From assembly GCA_965279515.1 (NCBI GenBank), contig CBDIID010000003.1:1952001-2016000 (forward strand): a stretch of 64,000 bases of DNA, given 5' to 3'. Shown piece after piece: positions 38,411 through 48,347 of the stretch. The position numbers were made by a program, and so were the translations under genes. Within the stretch, counting starts at the first letter, position 1; each line of letters starts with the position of its first letter. This DNA comes from Turneriella sp. Its GTDB lineage: Bacteria > Spirochaetota > Leptospiria > Turneriellales > Turneriellaceae. The notes below the pieces were generated by a model that saw only the letters and a list, made by a program, of their open reading frames with translations, searched no databases and was not told the origin of the DNA.

Positions 38411-40998
38411 CAAGGTAATCCTCTCACGCAACGAATGTTTTTCTTAGGCGGCTTCAGGCCGGCAATGATTGTCGAATTATCTTTTTGTGCAATACTGGGA
38501 AATCCGGCAATGTAGTTGAATCCCCACGCCTGGTTGAAGTTCGGATACTGGAGCGGCGTTGCATCCTGCGGATCATAACCGAACTGACCGTTAAAGTTGT
38601 AGTTTGTTGACGATGCATAATCTTCTGCATAGACATTCGGTGTCGGGAAAATTGCCGTATCAATCGCGACTCCCACTGTGCCAAAGAGCGAACGATTGGC
38701 AATGCTCTTGAGCTCATTGATGGTCGGTGCGCGCCAGGCATAGCGCAGCGAAGTGCTGGTGATCGCCGCATTATCATAACGGATTGCATTCAAACTGTCA
38801 CAATAGTTGAGTGCATCGTTCCAAAGCGCAGAATCATTTGTGGAATCGCCGTCATCGGCGCAGGTAGCATTGTCAAAGGTGCCTTTGCGGCACTGCTGCC
38901 AACGCAATTTGTTCACGGTGTCATCTACGACCTGCGCCCCGGCGAAAGTAATATTCTGCGTTACAACGGAATACGCCGTACCTCCGGTGAGCGCTGCCGT
39001 CAGCGTCGCAGTATACCCGGACAGCGAAACTGCGGTGACGGGCACCGCCGAGGCTGAGGCGAATGTTGCTGCCACAGTCGGTATGCCGCTCACAATTTTG
39101 TAATTGGTAAGGGTCGCTGCCTGGGTCGCATTGGGCAGGCGGTCAAAAACAACCTGCACTGTACTGGTATTGGGCGATGCCGCGCTGACGATATTAAAGG
39201 CTGTGTTCGTTGCGGGGCTGGCTGTTGTCGGAGCGCCTGAAAACAAAACGGTCTTGTTTGTCAGCGCCAGGGTATTCGTGGCATTATCCATAACATTATT
39301 AATGTACAGACGGTAAGGCGTATTCGCTCCAGGCGCGGTGGAAGTGGTTATCTTAACGGTTTTCCCGCTGACGAGCGCAGAGTCAACGACGGGTGCAACC
39401 ACACCGCAATCCGCTGCCGCACCGGCTGGACAGATGTGAAAATTAGCCGGAACCCCCCCGCTGGTGATATGCGGATCGAGGTTAAAGGTAATCAGAATCC
39501 CGTGCTTGTTATTGACAATGTCATAACTTGCTTTTGCCGAGACGATGTTAAAAGTTGCATTGGCGTCATAACCCGAAAAAGTTCCGCCAATAGTCGCCAA
39601 TGCCTGCCCGGCTCCCTGCACGCTCGCCGTATAACTTTGTGTGGGCGGTGCCACTGATGGTCCGGCAACGCAGCGCACCTTCTTCTTATTCGTTGTCTTG
39701 CGGTTAGATTCGAGCAGGGAGCCTGAACCACCGCCAGCGCCCATAGACCCCTTTTTAAACTCAACAACATAGGCCTCGCCGTAATACGTTTGCCCGTTTA
39801 GGCGCGCCGAGAGACCTGTGGCGGTCCAGTAGCCCTTGAGAGGTGTATTGGGAAATGCCCCTTCCCAATAGGGGAAATCGTCAATTTTATTTCCGTCTAT
39901 CGCAGGAATTTCAGGCGCGGCTAAACCTGGCTCTGGTTGACCAACTTCGACACGGGCACCATAATCTACTAAATGCTCCAGCTCGTCGACCGTGGGCAAC
40001 CGCCAGTCCTTGCGGCCACCGTAACCCTGGCCGTTATTTGTTGTATTGAGCGTAGCGCAGGCATTGACCGCCTGCCCCCACGTGAAATCACTTGCGGATG
40101 GTGGTGCACATTTTTGACCTGAAGCCGGCCCATCATTATAATAAGAGCCCTGCGTACACGTTCTCCAAATTAAGGTCGTAACGGCATCGACCGAATACGG
40201 ATAGCAAGCATTGGATGCGCCACCATTGCAGTTTGCTGATACCATATTTAAGGGATTTTCTGAGGCGCTAAAGCGCCGGCCGAATTGATTGCCGCCAGCA
40301 GATGCACCATAAAGCGTCGGGCCGAAATTCGTGTTGCGGGGTTCGATAAAACCATTTTGTCCCGCCGGGTAATTCTGCGAGCCAATCGGATGATCATCAG
40401 TCATCGATCTTGTGCAATCATTTCTGGGAGTCCAGGATTGTGGCGAGCCACTAATCGCGTAAGAATAACAGACATCCTGCCCGGTCGGTACAACCTTGTA
40501 TTTCCCGGGATTCCACCCCACTGTGAATGAAATCTTATTATCGTTCAACAGCGGCATGTCGTCGAGGTTGACCAGCGTGCTATTGTCAAAATCAAAACCG
40601 ATGATGTTGTTCTCAGGCCAGCGCACCCAGCCCAGCTGAATCGTCACAGTGTCGTTCGCGTAGGTGGTTGACGACCAGGTAAAGGTCGCGCCCGAATTCG
40701 CCACCGCATACCAGATAATATCGTTATTCGAGCCGATGTCGCGCACCCAGGTATTGATGACCGGCGTCATGGCTGTCTTCATGCTCATATCAAAGACGAC
40801 TTTAATCTGCGTACCGTTGCTGCCCGTCACCGGCGATACGGTCGAATTATCTGAGGGCGTGGTCGTCAGAATTTTGGGATTCACCTTAGCACCCCGGCCA
40901 GAGATACTATTCTGCGGGGGGGCAAATTTCTCGAAACCAGCGTTGCAGGCAACAGAAAATAGTGCAATGAATACGAAAAGACGGGGTTTTTTTGACAT
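38410..40998 (-). CDS. Surface lipoprotein with two DUF1566 (Lcl-like) domains and Ig-like repeats
   Basis: Lipobox SVAC; D.VT.LIW..C..G / W..A...C / WRLPTVDEL / VRCV and LRWQQC / WRAPTINEL / IRCVR; repeated FNIVSA modules. Confidence 0.82.
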   Translation of the reverse strand: MSKKPRLFVFIALFSVACNAGFEKFAPPQNSISGRGAKVNPKILTTTPSDNSTVSPVTGSNGTQIKVVFDMSMKTAMTPVINTWVRDIGSNNDIIWYAVANSGATFTWSSTTYANDTVTIQLGWVRWPENNIIGFDFDNSTLVNLDDMPLLNDNKISFTVGWNPGKYKVVPTGQDVCYSYAISGSPQSWTPRNDCTRSMTDDHPIGSQNYPAGQNGFIEPRNTNFGPTLYGASAGGNQFGRRFSASENPLNMVSANCNGGASNACYPYSVDAVTTLIWRTCTQGSYYNDGPASGQKCAPPSASDFTWGQAVNACATLNTTNNGQGYGGRKDWRLPTVDELEHLVDYGARVEVGQPEPGLAAPEIPAIDGNKIDDFPYWEGAFPNTPLKGYWTATGLSARLNGQTYYGEAYVVEFKKGSMGAGGGSGSLLESNRKTTNKKKVRCVAGPSVAPPTQSYTASVQGAGQALATIGGTFSGYDANATFNIVSAKASYDIVNNKHGILITFNLDPHITSGGVPANFHICPAGAAADCGVVAPVVDSALVSGKTVKITTSTAPGANTPYRLYINNVMDNATNTLALTNKTVLFSGAPTTASPATNTAFNIVSAASPNTSTVQVVFDRLPNATQAATLTNYKIVSGIPTVAATFASASAVPVTAVSLSGYTATLTAALTGGTAYSVVTQNITFAGAQVVDDTVNKLRWQQCRKGTFDNATCADDGDSTNDSALWNDALNYCDSLNAIRYDNAAITSTSLRYAWRAPTINELKSIANRSLFGTVGVAIDTAIFPTPNVYAEDYASSTNYNFNGQFGYDPQDATPLQYPNFNQAWGFNYIAGFPSIAQKDNSTIIAGLKPPKKNIRCVRGLP

Positions 40999-41072
40999 TA
41001 TGAGGCTAGTGCTCCTTAATGTTATACGAGGCGTTTGCGCCAATGTGCCAAAAAGATAGTGAACAAGTGTAT

Positions 41073-41477
41073 TTACTCGGCAGGAGGCTTTTTTTCGAGC
41101 AAGATCTGCTCTGCCCGCGTGAGGTTATCCACACCACTCTTCAGCAGGTTCAAAAAGAACTGCGGATGCAGCCCGCCTAGAAGATTTATCGCCCTTTTAT
41201 CCATAATCGCCAGGGTCGCAGACATCGATTTCACCTTGAAACTCTGCACCCGCGTCTTCGAGCCCGCCATCACCTCGATATCGCCAAAAAAACCGCCTGC
41301 TTCAATCTCGGTACCGTACTTGAATGCCTCGCTACCGTCGACCTCGATGACGACACCGTCGACCACTACGTAAATGTTGTCGTCATTGTCTTTGCCGATG
41401 CGGTAGATATAGTCGCCGCCGCGCAAATGCCGGTGCGGCATCGCCTCGGCCTGCAGCAGCAGATCAAAGGCCGGCAT
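41073..41477 (-). CDS. Stand-alone cyclic nucleotide-binding domain protein (degenerate binding cassette)
   Basis: IYRIG, IYVVVDG.V, GGFFGDIEV...R. Confidence 0.75.
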   Translation of the reverse strand: MPAFDLLLQAEAMPHRHLRGGDYIYRIGKDNDDNIYVVVDGVVIEVDGSEAFKYGTEIEAGGFFGDIEVMAGSKTRVQSFKVKSMSATLAIMDKRAINLLGGLHPQFFLNLLKSGVDNLTRAEQILLEKKPPAE

Positions 41478-41832
41478 CTGCCACCTTCTTCATCACGCGT
41501 GCCGCGCGCTTCGCCACGACACCGATCAGATTTGTCAGAAAAGTAGGATTGCTTTTTGCGAGCCAGGCAAAGGTCTGCAGATCGATTCTACCGAGCTTTG
41601 CGCCGGCAGATGTCACCGTCGCCGAAGCCGAGCGCGGCATCGCGCGTATCAGTGCCATCTCGCCGAAAAAATGCCCCTGCGAGAGCGTGCGCAAAACGCC
41701 GAAACCTTTTTTGCTGATTTCAACTTCTCCGGAAAAAACAAAGTACATGCAGCCATTGGATTTTTCACCTTCGGCGAAAATCACCGCGCCCTTTTCGGCA
41801 TTGAGTGGTTGTATTTTGTATGCGCCGGTCAT
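41464..41832 (-). CDS. Stand-alone cyclic nucleotide-binding domain protein
   Basis: IFAEGE, MYFVFSGEV, GHFFGEMALI...PRSASA. Confidence 0.9.
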   Translation of the reverse strand: MTGAYKIQPLNAEKGAVIFAEGEKSNGCMYFVFSGEVEISKKGFGVLRTLSQGHFFGEMALIRAMPRSASATVTSAGAKLGRIDLQTFAWLAKSNPTFLTNLIGVVAKRAARVMKKVADAGL

Positions 41833-42917
41833 GCCTTGAGGCCGAAAAGTCTCACGCTCTCTTGTTTACCCCTGAGCTGTGTGGTTTCGAGTTCGACAAC
41901 AGCGCCGGCGGGTTTGCCTGCGGCGCGCGTCGGTTCGTCGATGATGATGTTGTACGGCGAATCTTTCGTGAGGTCCTGGATGCGCGCTGCGGTATTTACG
42001 GAATCACCCATCACCGCAAACTTGATCAGGCGCTCTGAGCCGATATTGCCGGCGAAAATTTTGCCCGTCGAGATACCCATACCGAACCCGTAAGGCACCT
42101 TGCCGGCGATTTCGCGCAGGCGGTTGATCGAATTCATATGCGCCTCAATGGCGAGTGCCGCCTTCACGGCGTTCTCGGCGTCCTCGGGTTTTGGAAAAGG
42201 ACAGCCGAATGTGGCAAGAATGCCGTCACCCAGCAGCTCGTTGATCGAACCGTGATTGTTAAAGACAATATCCATCAGGTCGGCAAAGAGTTTGGAGATA
42301 CGCTCGGCATAGGCCTGCGGACCAATCTTCTCAGCCATGGTTGTCGAACCGCGGATATCGAAGAACATGATCGATGCCGGCACAATCGTGCCACCCAGTT
42401 CGGTGGAAATTTCTTCGCTGAGAATCTTTTCGACAAGGTCGTCGGAGAAATAACGCTGCAAACTCTTCTTTTCCTTTTCGAGTTTGGTGTTAAGTTCCTG
42501 GATCTGTTTCTTATAACTGACGCGCTCGAATGCCTGCTGTATCTTCATCGAGACATCCGCAAAATTGAGCGGTTTCGGCAAAAAGTCGTCGGCGCCGGTC
42601 GACATACAGACGATGCGTATTTCGGGCGAATCTTCTGCCGACATCATAAAAACCGGCACGGGTATCGAGCCGTCGGTATCGCGGATATGTTTCAGGATTT
42701 CCATGCCGGGGTTATCCGGCAGATGCAGATCGACGATCGCCATATCGACGGTGTTCTGGCTGAGATAGACGATCGCCGCGGTTGCGGTTTCTACGGTAAC
42801 CACTTCATAACCCCAGGCTTGCACAAAGGCCTCAAGAGCCGTGCGCTGCACGACCTCGTCTTCCACAATGAGAATTCTCGGCTGTGCGAAGGCAGGTGCC
42901 GTGGTTTGTACCGACAT
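41829..42917 (-). CDS. Response regulator receiver + class III nucleotide cyclase
   Basis: ILIVEDE, VDLHLP, FLPKP; MFFDIRGST, GDGIL, GNIGS, GDSVNTAARIQ. Confidence 0.92.
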   Translation of the reverse strand: MSVQTTAPAFAQPRILIVEDEVVQRTALEAFVQAWGYEVVTVETATAAIVYLSQNTVDMAIVDLHLPDNPGMEILKHIRDTDGSIPVPVFMMSAEDSPEIRIVCMSTGADDFLPKPLNFADVSMKIQQAFERVSYKKQIQELNTKLEKEKKSLQRYFSDDLVEKILSEEISTELGGTIVPASIMFFDIRGSTTMAEKIGPQAYAERISKLFADLMDIVFNNHGSINELLGDGILATFGCPFPKPEDAENAVKAALAIEAHMNSINRLREIAGKVPYGFGMGISTGKIFAGNIGSERLIKFAVMGDSVNTAARIQDLTKDSPYNIIIDEPTRAAGKPAGAVVELETTQLRGKQESVRLFGLKA

Positions 42918-42919
42918 AA

Positions 42920-43747
42920 CTAGCTGGCGGCGAGCATCGCGAACGGATGCCCTTTGATTTTCGTCAGCGCATCGGGTGAAGCATGACGGATGAGAACATT
43001 CTGCGTACCGCCTAAATCAGTATAACAGCGTTGTACATTTGTCTTTGCGGCTTCAGGCACGGGAATTTCCAGGAGCACCGAGGCGACCACAGCAGCGATG
43101 TAAGTTGACTTCTCCAGCGGGTCGAGCAGATTTGTGTATTCTGTCGTGGGCGAAATCTCCATCAGGCGTTTAAAGATATCGGGGAGTTTCCACGCTTCGG
43201 CGGCGCGTTTGCCGAGCGTCGTATGCGTCGTGCCATACGATTGTTTTTCGAGCTTTGAGAGCTCCCACTTGTTTTTTTCGCAGGCGTCGATCATGTCGCT
43301 GTAATGCCCCTGCTTCTGCAACGCCATGATATTCATGCCAATGCTGTGCAAAAGCGCGGCGAGAAAACTTTCATCCGCCTGCGGCTTCAACGTCGTTTCG
43401 AGGGCGACGTTCTGTGCCACGAGCGCGGCATAAATGGGAAAGCGGTTGAGATATTTCTTAAAAGTCTCGCTTTTATAATTCGCCGCCATCGTCTTCGTGC
43501 TGAGATAAATAACGAGGTTCTTGGTGGCCTTGATGCCGAGCACCGCCAGGGAATCGCGGAGAACTTTCACCTTGCCGGAACGCCCGTAAAATGCCGAGTT
43601 GGCAACGCGCAAAAGTTCGGCGCTGATCGCCTTGTCAGGTATGACAAGTTTTTCAAGGTCGGCAGCGCCGTTCTTGGGGTTATTGGCATCAAACTGGATA
43701 ACCTGGGCAACGATAGTCGGTAACGGTGGGATCGCAATGTCTTCCAT
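42920..43747 (-). CDS. HDOD domain protein
   Basis: IPPLPTI, LLRVANSAFYG, FLAALLHSIG, G.TH..LG...AEAWKLP. Confidence 0.88.
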   Translation of the reverse strand: MEDIAIPPLPTIVAQVIQFDANNPKNGAADLEKLVIPDKAISAELLRVANSAFYGRSGKVKVLRDSLAVLGIKATKNLVIYLSTKTMAANYKSETFKKYLNRFPIYAALVAQNVALETTLKPQADESFLAALLHSIGMNIMALQKQGHYSDMIDACEKNKWELSKLEKQSYGTTHTTLGKRAAEAWKLPDIFKRLMEISPTTEYTNLLDPLEKSTYIAAVVASVLLEIPVPEAAKTNVQRCYTDLGGTQNVLIRHASPDALTKIKGHPFAMLAAS

Positions 43748-43819
43748 GCCTAAACCGACCTAACCTTGCGGCTGGCACGAAAAGCGATTTTCGGATTCTG
43801 CTGTACCTTGGAGCGTATC

Positions 43820-44263
43820 TTACCAGATACCGCCAAAACGGTGCATAACCCCGGTCAATGCAAACAGGATAGCCAGGATCGTCACAGCCGTGATATGCGC
43901 AGCGAGGCTATTCAGGGATTTCGGCCCCAATGCCGGAAGAATGCGCAGCCGGGCATGCGCCGCGAGAATGACCGTCAGCAAAAGCAGAGATAGCTTGAGT
44001 GTCACCGTCCGCGAGACAGCACTCGAAAACGTAAACCATAGGGATAAATCCGGCAACTGGTGGTAGGCCATCCAAATGCCGGTCGCCACAAGCGTAACCA
44101 GAGCGGGGATGCCGATTTTTTCAAAATGACTTTCGAACTCCGTAATCTTCATAGGATTGCGGCTTTTGAGGGCAGGTAGCAGGATCACGAAAAAAAGCAC
44201 GATATGACCGCCCGTCCAGATAGTGGCGGCGATGAGATGCAGGGCGATGATGGGTGCGTACAT
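43820..44263 (-). CDS. CopD-family inner-membrane protein
   Basis: LHLIAATIWTGGH, four TM helices, LK..L...LA.HAR. Confidence 0.8.
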   Translation of the reverse strand: MYAPIIALHLIAATIWTGGHIVLFFVILLPALKSRNPMKITEFESHFEKIGIPALVTLVATGIWMAYHQLPDLSLWFTFSSAVSRTVTLKLSLLLLTVILAAHARLRILPALGPKSLNSLAAHITAVTILAILFALTGVMHRFGGIW

Positions 44264-44268
44264 AAAAT

Positions 44269-45432
44269 TTATCCCGGTTTTCCGTCGCTGCGCGGCCCAA
44301 ACAATATCGGTGTATACATAAAAAGAAAAGCCCCGAAGGCCGTGAGCCAGAAAACGGCCGCGAATATATAAGCCTCGCTCAGCTTACCGGCAAACGGCAT
44401 CAGTACGCGGGCAAGCACAGCCGCATTGATGAAAAAATAGGCGCCCACTACAAGCAGCGACGCCTTGATCGGTCGCCCTGTATGCCCGAGAGCAACCCGC
44501 GTCATCATGCCAAATATAAAAACGCCGGCCGCGCCAATACCGAACACATGCCAGACAGGAGACGACGCAATGAATCCCAGGCCCGCAAGCGGCAGCATAA
44601 CAAAACCAGCAACGAGCCAAAAATAACCGGCGTAAAGAATAACGAGAATGGGGAATCTCGCGGAAGAAAAAGGCCGCCAGAGCCACCAGCGTACCGCATG
44701 CAATAAAGCATTCAAGGCAAAAATCGCCGCTGACCATTTTTCCATCACCGGGTGCAGGGGCTGGACCGCATAAATTATGAGGGCGAGAAAGCCCAGCGGC
44801 AGCACAGCCGCTTCTATCCGAGGAACGATGCGCGGCTTATTATGCTGCATGACGACGCCGGCAAAAAACGGCAAAATGCGCCCGGCAATTACCGCGACGA
44901 AGAGCACAACAACGATGAGACCGAAATGCACTGAGTGGAGAAACAAAGACTGCAGTTGTGGCATGGCATTCGCCGCAAACGCCGCCGCCTGCGCCATCGT
45001 ATAGGTAATAAAAAGAAAAAAAACACCATGATTGGTTTTCTGCCGCGTCCGGATCAAAGGCCGCAGGCAATATAAGGCAAAGAGATTTGCCGCAAGATCG
45101 GCAGTAAAGGCGGCGGATGACAGTATCGGCGGCAGAAAGAAAGCAAACCGCCCCAGCAGCCAAAGGAAAAATAATACAACGAGGGCTTTGCTGCCGGTCA
45201 GTTGCTTACCAGCCCAATGTTGCCCTGCTGTGAACAGGAAGCCGAAGATCGCCGCGCGGCAAAAGCCAAAGACCATCTCGTAGGTGTGCCAGCTGACCGG
45301 AGAGTTATTTATCGGGAATGCGTCGATGCCGCGCAATCTTAAAATCCAGATAGCAATGACCGCCGCTGCATGCACAGCGCAAGCGAAAAAAAAGATGCGG
45401 AAGGCGGTGGCAAATATGGTTAATCTGTGCAT
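44269..45432 (-). CDS. nnrS: NnrS-family membrane protein (NO stress)
   Basis: FRIFF, WHTYEMVFGF, GFLFTA..W, GRILPFF, MMTRVALGHTGR. Confidence 0.9.
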   Translation of the reverse strand: MHRLTIFATAFRIFFFACAVHAAAVIAIWILRLRGIDAFPINNSPVSWHTYEMVFGFCRAAIFGFLFTAGQHWAGKQLTGSKALVVLFFLWLLGRFAFFLPPILSSAAFTADLAANLFALYCLRPLIRTRQKTNHGVFFLFITYTMAQAAAFAANAMPQLQSLFLHSVHFGLIVVVLFVAVIAGRILPFFAGVVMQHNKPRIVPRIEAAVLPLGFLALIIYAVQPLHPVMEKWSAAIFALNALLHAVRWWLWRPFSSARFPILVILYAGYFWLVAGFVMLPLAGLGFIASSPVWHVFGIGAAGVFIFGMMTRVALGHTGRPIKASLLVVGAYFFINAAVLARVLMPFAGKLSEAYIFAAVFWLTAFGAFLFMYTPILFGPRSDGKPG

Positions 45433-45468
45433 GGCATAGTCTACTAAAAAAATCCCACTCTCATTGCG

Positions 45469-46122
45469 CTACTTTCCGATTTTCTCTTTAAACGTCTCGA
45501 TATTGACGCTTAGGCCCGCATGCTGCAGAATAATTTCGCCGCCGGGCGAAAGCAGTGTGAATACAGACGAGTGTGCAAATTCGCCGTTGTCCTGTTTTTT
45601 GTAGTTAATCCCCAGCGCCGCCGCGACTTCGCGGATCGTTTCAGGTTTGCCCGCAAGCAAGGTGAACGAATCCGTCAGCCGCATTTTCGTGATGAATTTG
45701 CGCAATGCGGCCGGATTGTCGCGTTCATGGTCGAAGGAGATCATGACAAAGCGGGTTTTTTCACGCTGCGCTGCAGAGAGACTCTTCTCGAGCCGCAGTA
45801 TTTCGGCCGCGATGCGCGGGCAGATTGCGGTGCAGGTCGCGTAGAACATCGCGACGACCACGTACTTGCCCTGCAACTTATGCAGCATTAGCTCTTTGCC
45901 GTTTTGGTCAGTAAATTTATCGTGAAACTGGTAGAGCGACGCGCCCGAGATGTGCCCCGCCGGCATCGCATGATCGGCATGGGGATTTTTTGGTTTGGAG
46001 CAAGAAATCAGTAAAGTCAGAATCAACAATGGCGCACAGAAGCGGGGATTTTTAAGGGGGCCAAGGCGTTTGCGAGCAAACACCCCGGACCACCCCCTTA
46101 AGCAAAAATACGGTAGTTTCAT
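45469..46122 (-). CDS. SCO1/SenC copper chaperone lipoprotein
   Basis: FYATCTAICP (CxxxC), ISFD.ERD, FAHS; His/Met-rich HADHAM; ATG 46122 overlaps upstream TGA. Confidence 0.88.
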   Translation of the reverse strand: MKLPYFCLRGWSGVFARKRLGPLKNPRFCAPLLILTLLISCSKPKNPHADHAMPAGHISGASLYQFHDKFTDQNGKELMLHKLQGKYVVVAMFYATCTAICPRIAAEILRLEKSLSAAQREKTRFVMISFDHERDNPAALRKFITKMRLTDSFTLLAGKPETIREVAAALGINYKKQDNGEFAHSSVFTLLSPGGEIILQHAGLSVNIETFKEKIGK

Positions 46123-46823
46123 GATACATCCTTGGCACACCGGAAGCCTAAGTTATGACCGGTATAATTTCCTTTAAGAGAGCTGCGCATGCCATACCGC
46201 ATGTAAGTCGCGTAGTTTCTGAGATCGCTGCCCGAAAGCGCCGTCGCACCGCAGAAGAGATTCGATTCGGTATCGGTGTCGGCGCGCGAATCGCCGGTAA
46301 CGGTCGATGAATTAAAATCCTCAACCCATTCCCAGATCAAGCCATGCAGATCGTGCACACCCTGCGGGCTCACGAGGCCCGTGCCGGTCAGGGCGCCCTG
46401 ACCCATATCATTCGGTTTGCCGAACCAGCTTAAGATACGCGCATTGACCGTGGGTCGCGCATCCCATTTATTATAGGTGGCGACATATTCCCATTCATAG
46501 AGCGTCGGCAAACGTTTGTTCTGCGCCCGGCAATAAGCACGCGCGGCATACCATGAGATCCGCGTCATCACCGTATCACGGGGGGCGCGGGCAAAATCGA
46601 TATTTCTCAGATAACCGGCGTCGGATTTAATGCCCGGCACGTTCTCTTTTTTCCACTGCGGATTACGTTCGAGAAAAGTGGAGAACTGGGCGACCGTAAC
46701 GGGGTAGGCATCGATGTAAAACTTCTGAATGCGGACAGCCTTCTGCTCTTTCTTCAGGTCGAAAGGGCGAAAGCTGCCCGCGGCAATCAATACCATTGTG
46801 GTAAAGATTGCCGTCATCGTCAA
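46119..46823 (-). CDS. NirV-like formylglycine-generating-enzyme-family protein
   Basis: [39 protein letters not shown]; directly downstream of nirK. Confidence 0.85.
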   Translation of the reverse strand: MTMTAIFTTMVLIAAGSFRPFDLKKEQKAVRIQKFYIDAYPVTVAQFSTFLERNPQWKKENVPGIKSDAGYLRNIDFARAPRDTVMTRISWYAARAYCRAQNKRLPTLYEWEYVATYNKWDARPTVNARILSWFGKPNDMGQGALTGTGLVSPQGVHDLHGLIWEWVEDFNSSTVTGDSRADTDTESNLFCGATALSGSDLRNYATYMRYGMRSSLKGNYTGHNLGFRCAKDVS

Positions 46824-48211
46824 TGCCCTCTCAGGCCGGCCACCTCGCTGGCTGTGACTTCGCCACCCGAGTTACCCCAGGTATTGAGGACGTAGGTCAG
46901 AACGCTGGCGATATCGTCGTCCGATAAACCGAGCCCCGGCATCACGCTGTCGTACTTCTCTTTGTTGACGGTGATCGCGCCGGTCTTGCCTTCGAGCAGA
47001 ATTCTAATCGCGCGCGCTTTATCGGCGTTCAGGTAATCAGATTTCGCGAGAGGAGGGAATGCTTTCGGCACGCCCTGACCTTCGTTCATGTGGCACGCCT
47101 GGCAAGTCGTACCATAGATACGTTTGCCTTCGGCGATGCGCTCGTCTTTGGTTTTCGCGGCGACCTTTTTGTCTTTTTCAGCCGGCATAGTCTGCGTTGC
47201 GCCACCTTCACCCAGATAAACAGTGTCAGCTTGCTTACCCGAATAGATCTTCGCATTGGCTTCGCCCTCGGCCTTAAGCAGGCCCAGCGCGCCCTTGTTA
47301 AAGGTACGGAAAATCGAGTGGTCGACGATCACATAGTTACCGGGTATATCCATCTTAAAATCGACAATCGCTGAACCGCCGGCGGGTACCAGTGTGGTCT
47401 GCACATTCTTCTGATTTCTTTCCGTGCCGCCTTCTGTATAAACAGAGTCAAAGATTTCGCCGATGACGTGGAATGAAGACACGAGGTTCGGACCGCCGTT
47501 GCCGACGAAAAACCGTACCTTGTCGCCGACTTTGGTTTTCAGCGCCTTATCACCCGTCATCGAACCCACAGAACCGTTAAACACAACGTATTCGGGTTTC
47601 TCATCGAGCGCCTTATTCATATCGAAAGGTTGCAGGCCGGTTTGCCCGTTCTTGCCCTTCGTATAAAATTCGGACTGCATGACGTAGAATTCTTTATCCA
47701 CCTTAGGCAATCCGTCTTTGGGTTCGACCAGAATCAAACCATACATGCCGTTCGCGATGTGCATACCCACGGGCGCCGTGGCGCAGTGGTAGACATAGAG
47801 GCCGGGATTCAACGCCTTGAAGGAGAATTTGGAACTGTGGCCAGGAGATGTAAGCGAAGCCGCGGCGCCACCGCCGGGACCCGTGACAGCGTGCAGGTCG
47901 ATGTTATGCGGCATCTTGCTCGTGGGGTGATTATTAAGCGTGAACTCCACATCGTCACCCTCGCGCACGCGCATCATCGGGCCGGGCACAGTGCCGCCGA
48001 ATGTCCAGAAGGTGTATTCGACACCATCGGCTAGACGCCCCTTAAGCTCTTTGGTTTCAAGTTCGATGACCACCTTGGTGTTGCCGCTTCGCGTTAGCTG
48101 CGGCGGTACTTCAGGCGCATAGGTCAGAATAGCTTTCTCTTCTTTAACCCCGCAGGCGGTGACGATGAGGGCTATTGCGAGCCCCAGCCAATATTGCTTT
48201 TTAAATCTCAT
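46820..48211 (-). CDS. nirK: Copper-containing nitrite reductase (AniA-type lipoprotein) with C-terminal cytochrome c
   Basis: [39 protein letters not shown]; lipobox VTAC; GAGGAGG RBS. Confidence 0.95.
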   Translation of the reverse strand: MRFKKQYWLGLAIALIVTACGVKEEKAILTYAPEVPPQLTRSGNTKVVIELETKELKGRLADGVEYTFWTFGGTVPGPMMRVREGDDVEFTLNNHPTSKMPHNIDLHAVTGPGGGAAASLTSPGHSSKFSFKALNPGLYVYHCATAPVGMHIANGMYGLILVEPKDGLPKVDKEFYVMQSEFYTKGKNGQTGLQPFDMNKALDEKPEYVVFNGSVGSMTGDKALKTKVGDKVRFFVGNGGPNLVSSFHVIGEIFDSVYTEGGTERNQKNVQTTLVPAGGSAIVDFKMDIPGNYVIVDHSIFRTFNKGALGLLKAEGEANAKIYSGKQADTVYLGEGGATQTMPAEKDKKVAAKTKDERIAEGKRIYGTTCQACHMNEGQGVPKAFPPLAKSDYLNADKARAIRILLEGKTGAITVNKEKYDSVMPGLGLSDDDIASVLTYVLNTWGNSGGEVTASEVAGLRGH

Positions 48212-48272
48212 ATCTCCTCCTCTACGACATCACTACTATGCTGTAAACATAAACTAATTTTGGCATATTGCA

Positions 48273-48286
48273 TTGACCTGGATCAA
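48273..48286. promoter_or_regulatory. FNR/DNR-type box between nirK and the Crp/Fnr regulator
   Basis: TTGAC-CTGG-ATCAA versus consensus TTGAT-N4-ATCAA. Confidence 0.8.
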
Positions 48287-48347
48287 TTCCATTAGCTTTT
48301 AAAGTTTGTCCGGACAGAATAGGCGTACGAACTTACCGTGAAGAGAC

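Noticed and set aside
38410..46823. Diversity-generating retroelement targeting the DUF1566 or FGE (C-type lectin fold) proteins
   Set aside because: No reverse transcriptase or template/variable repeat pair visible; the FGE protein is explained as NirV
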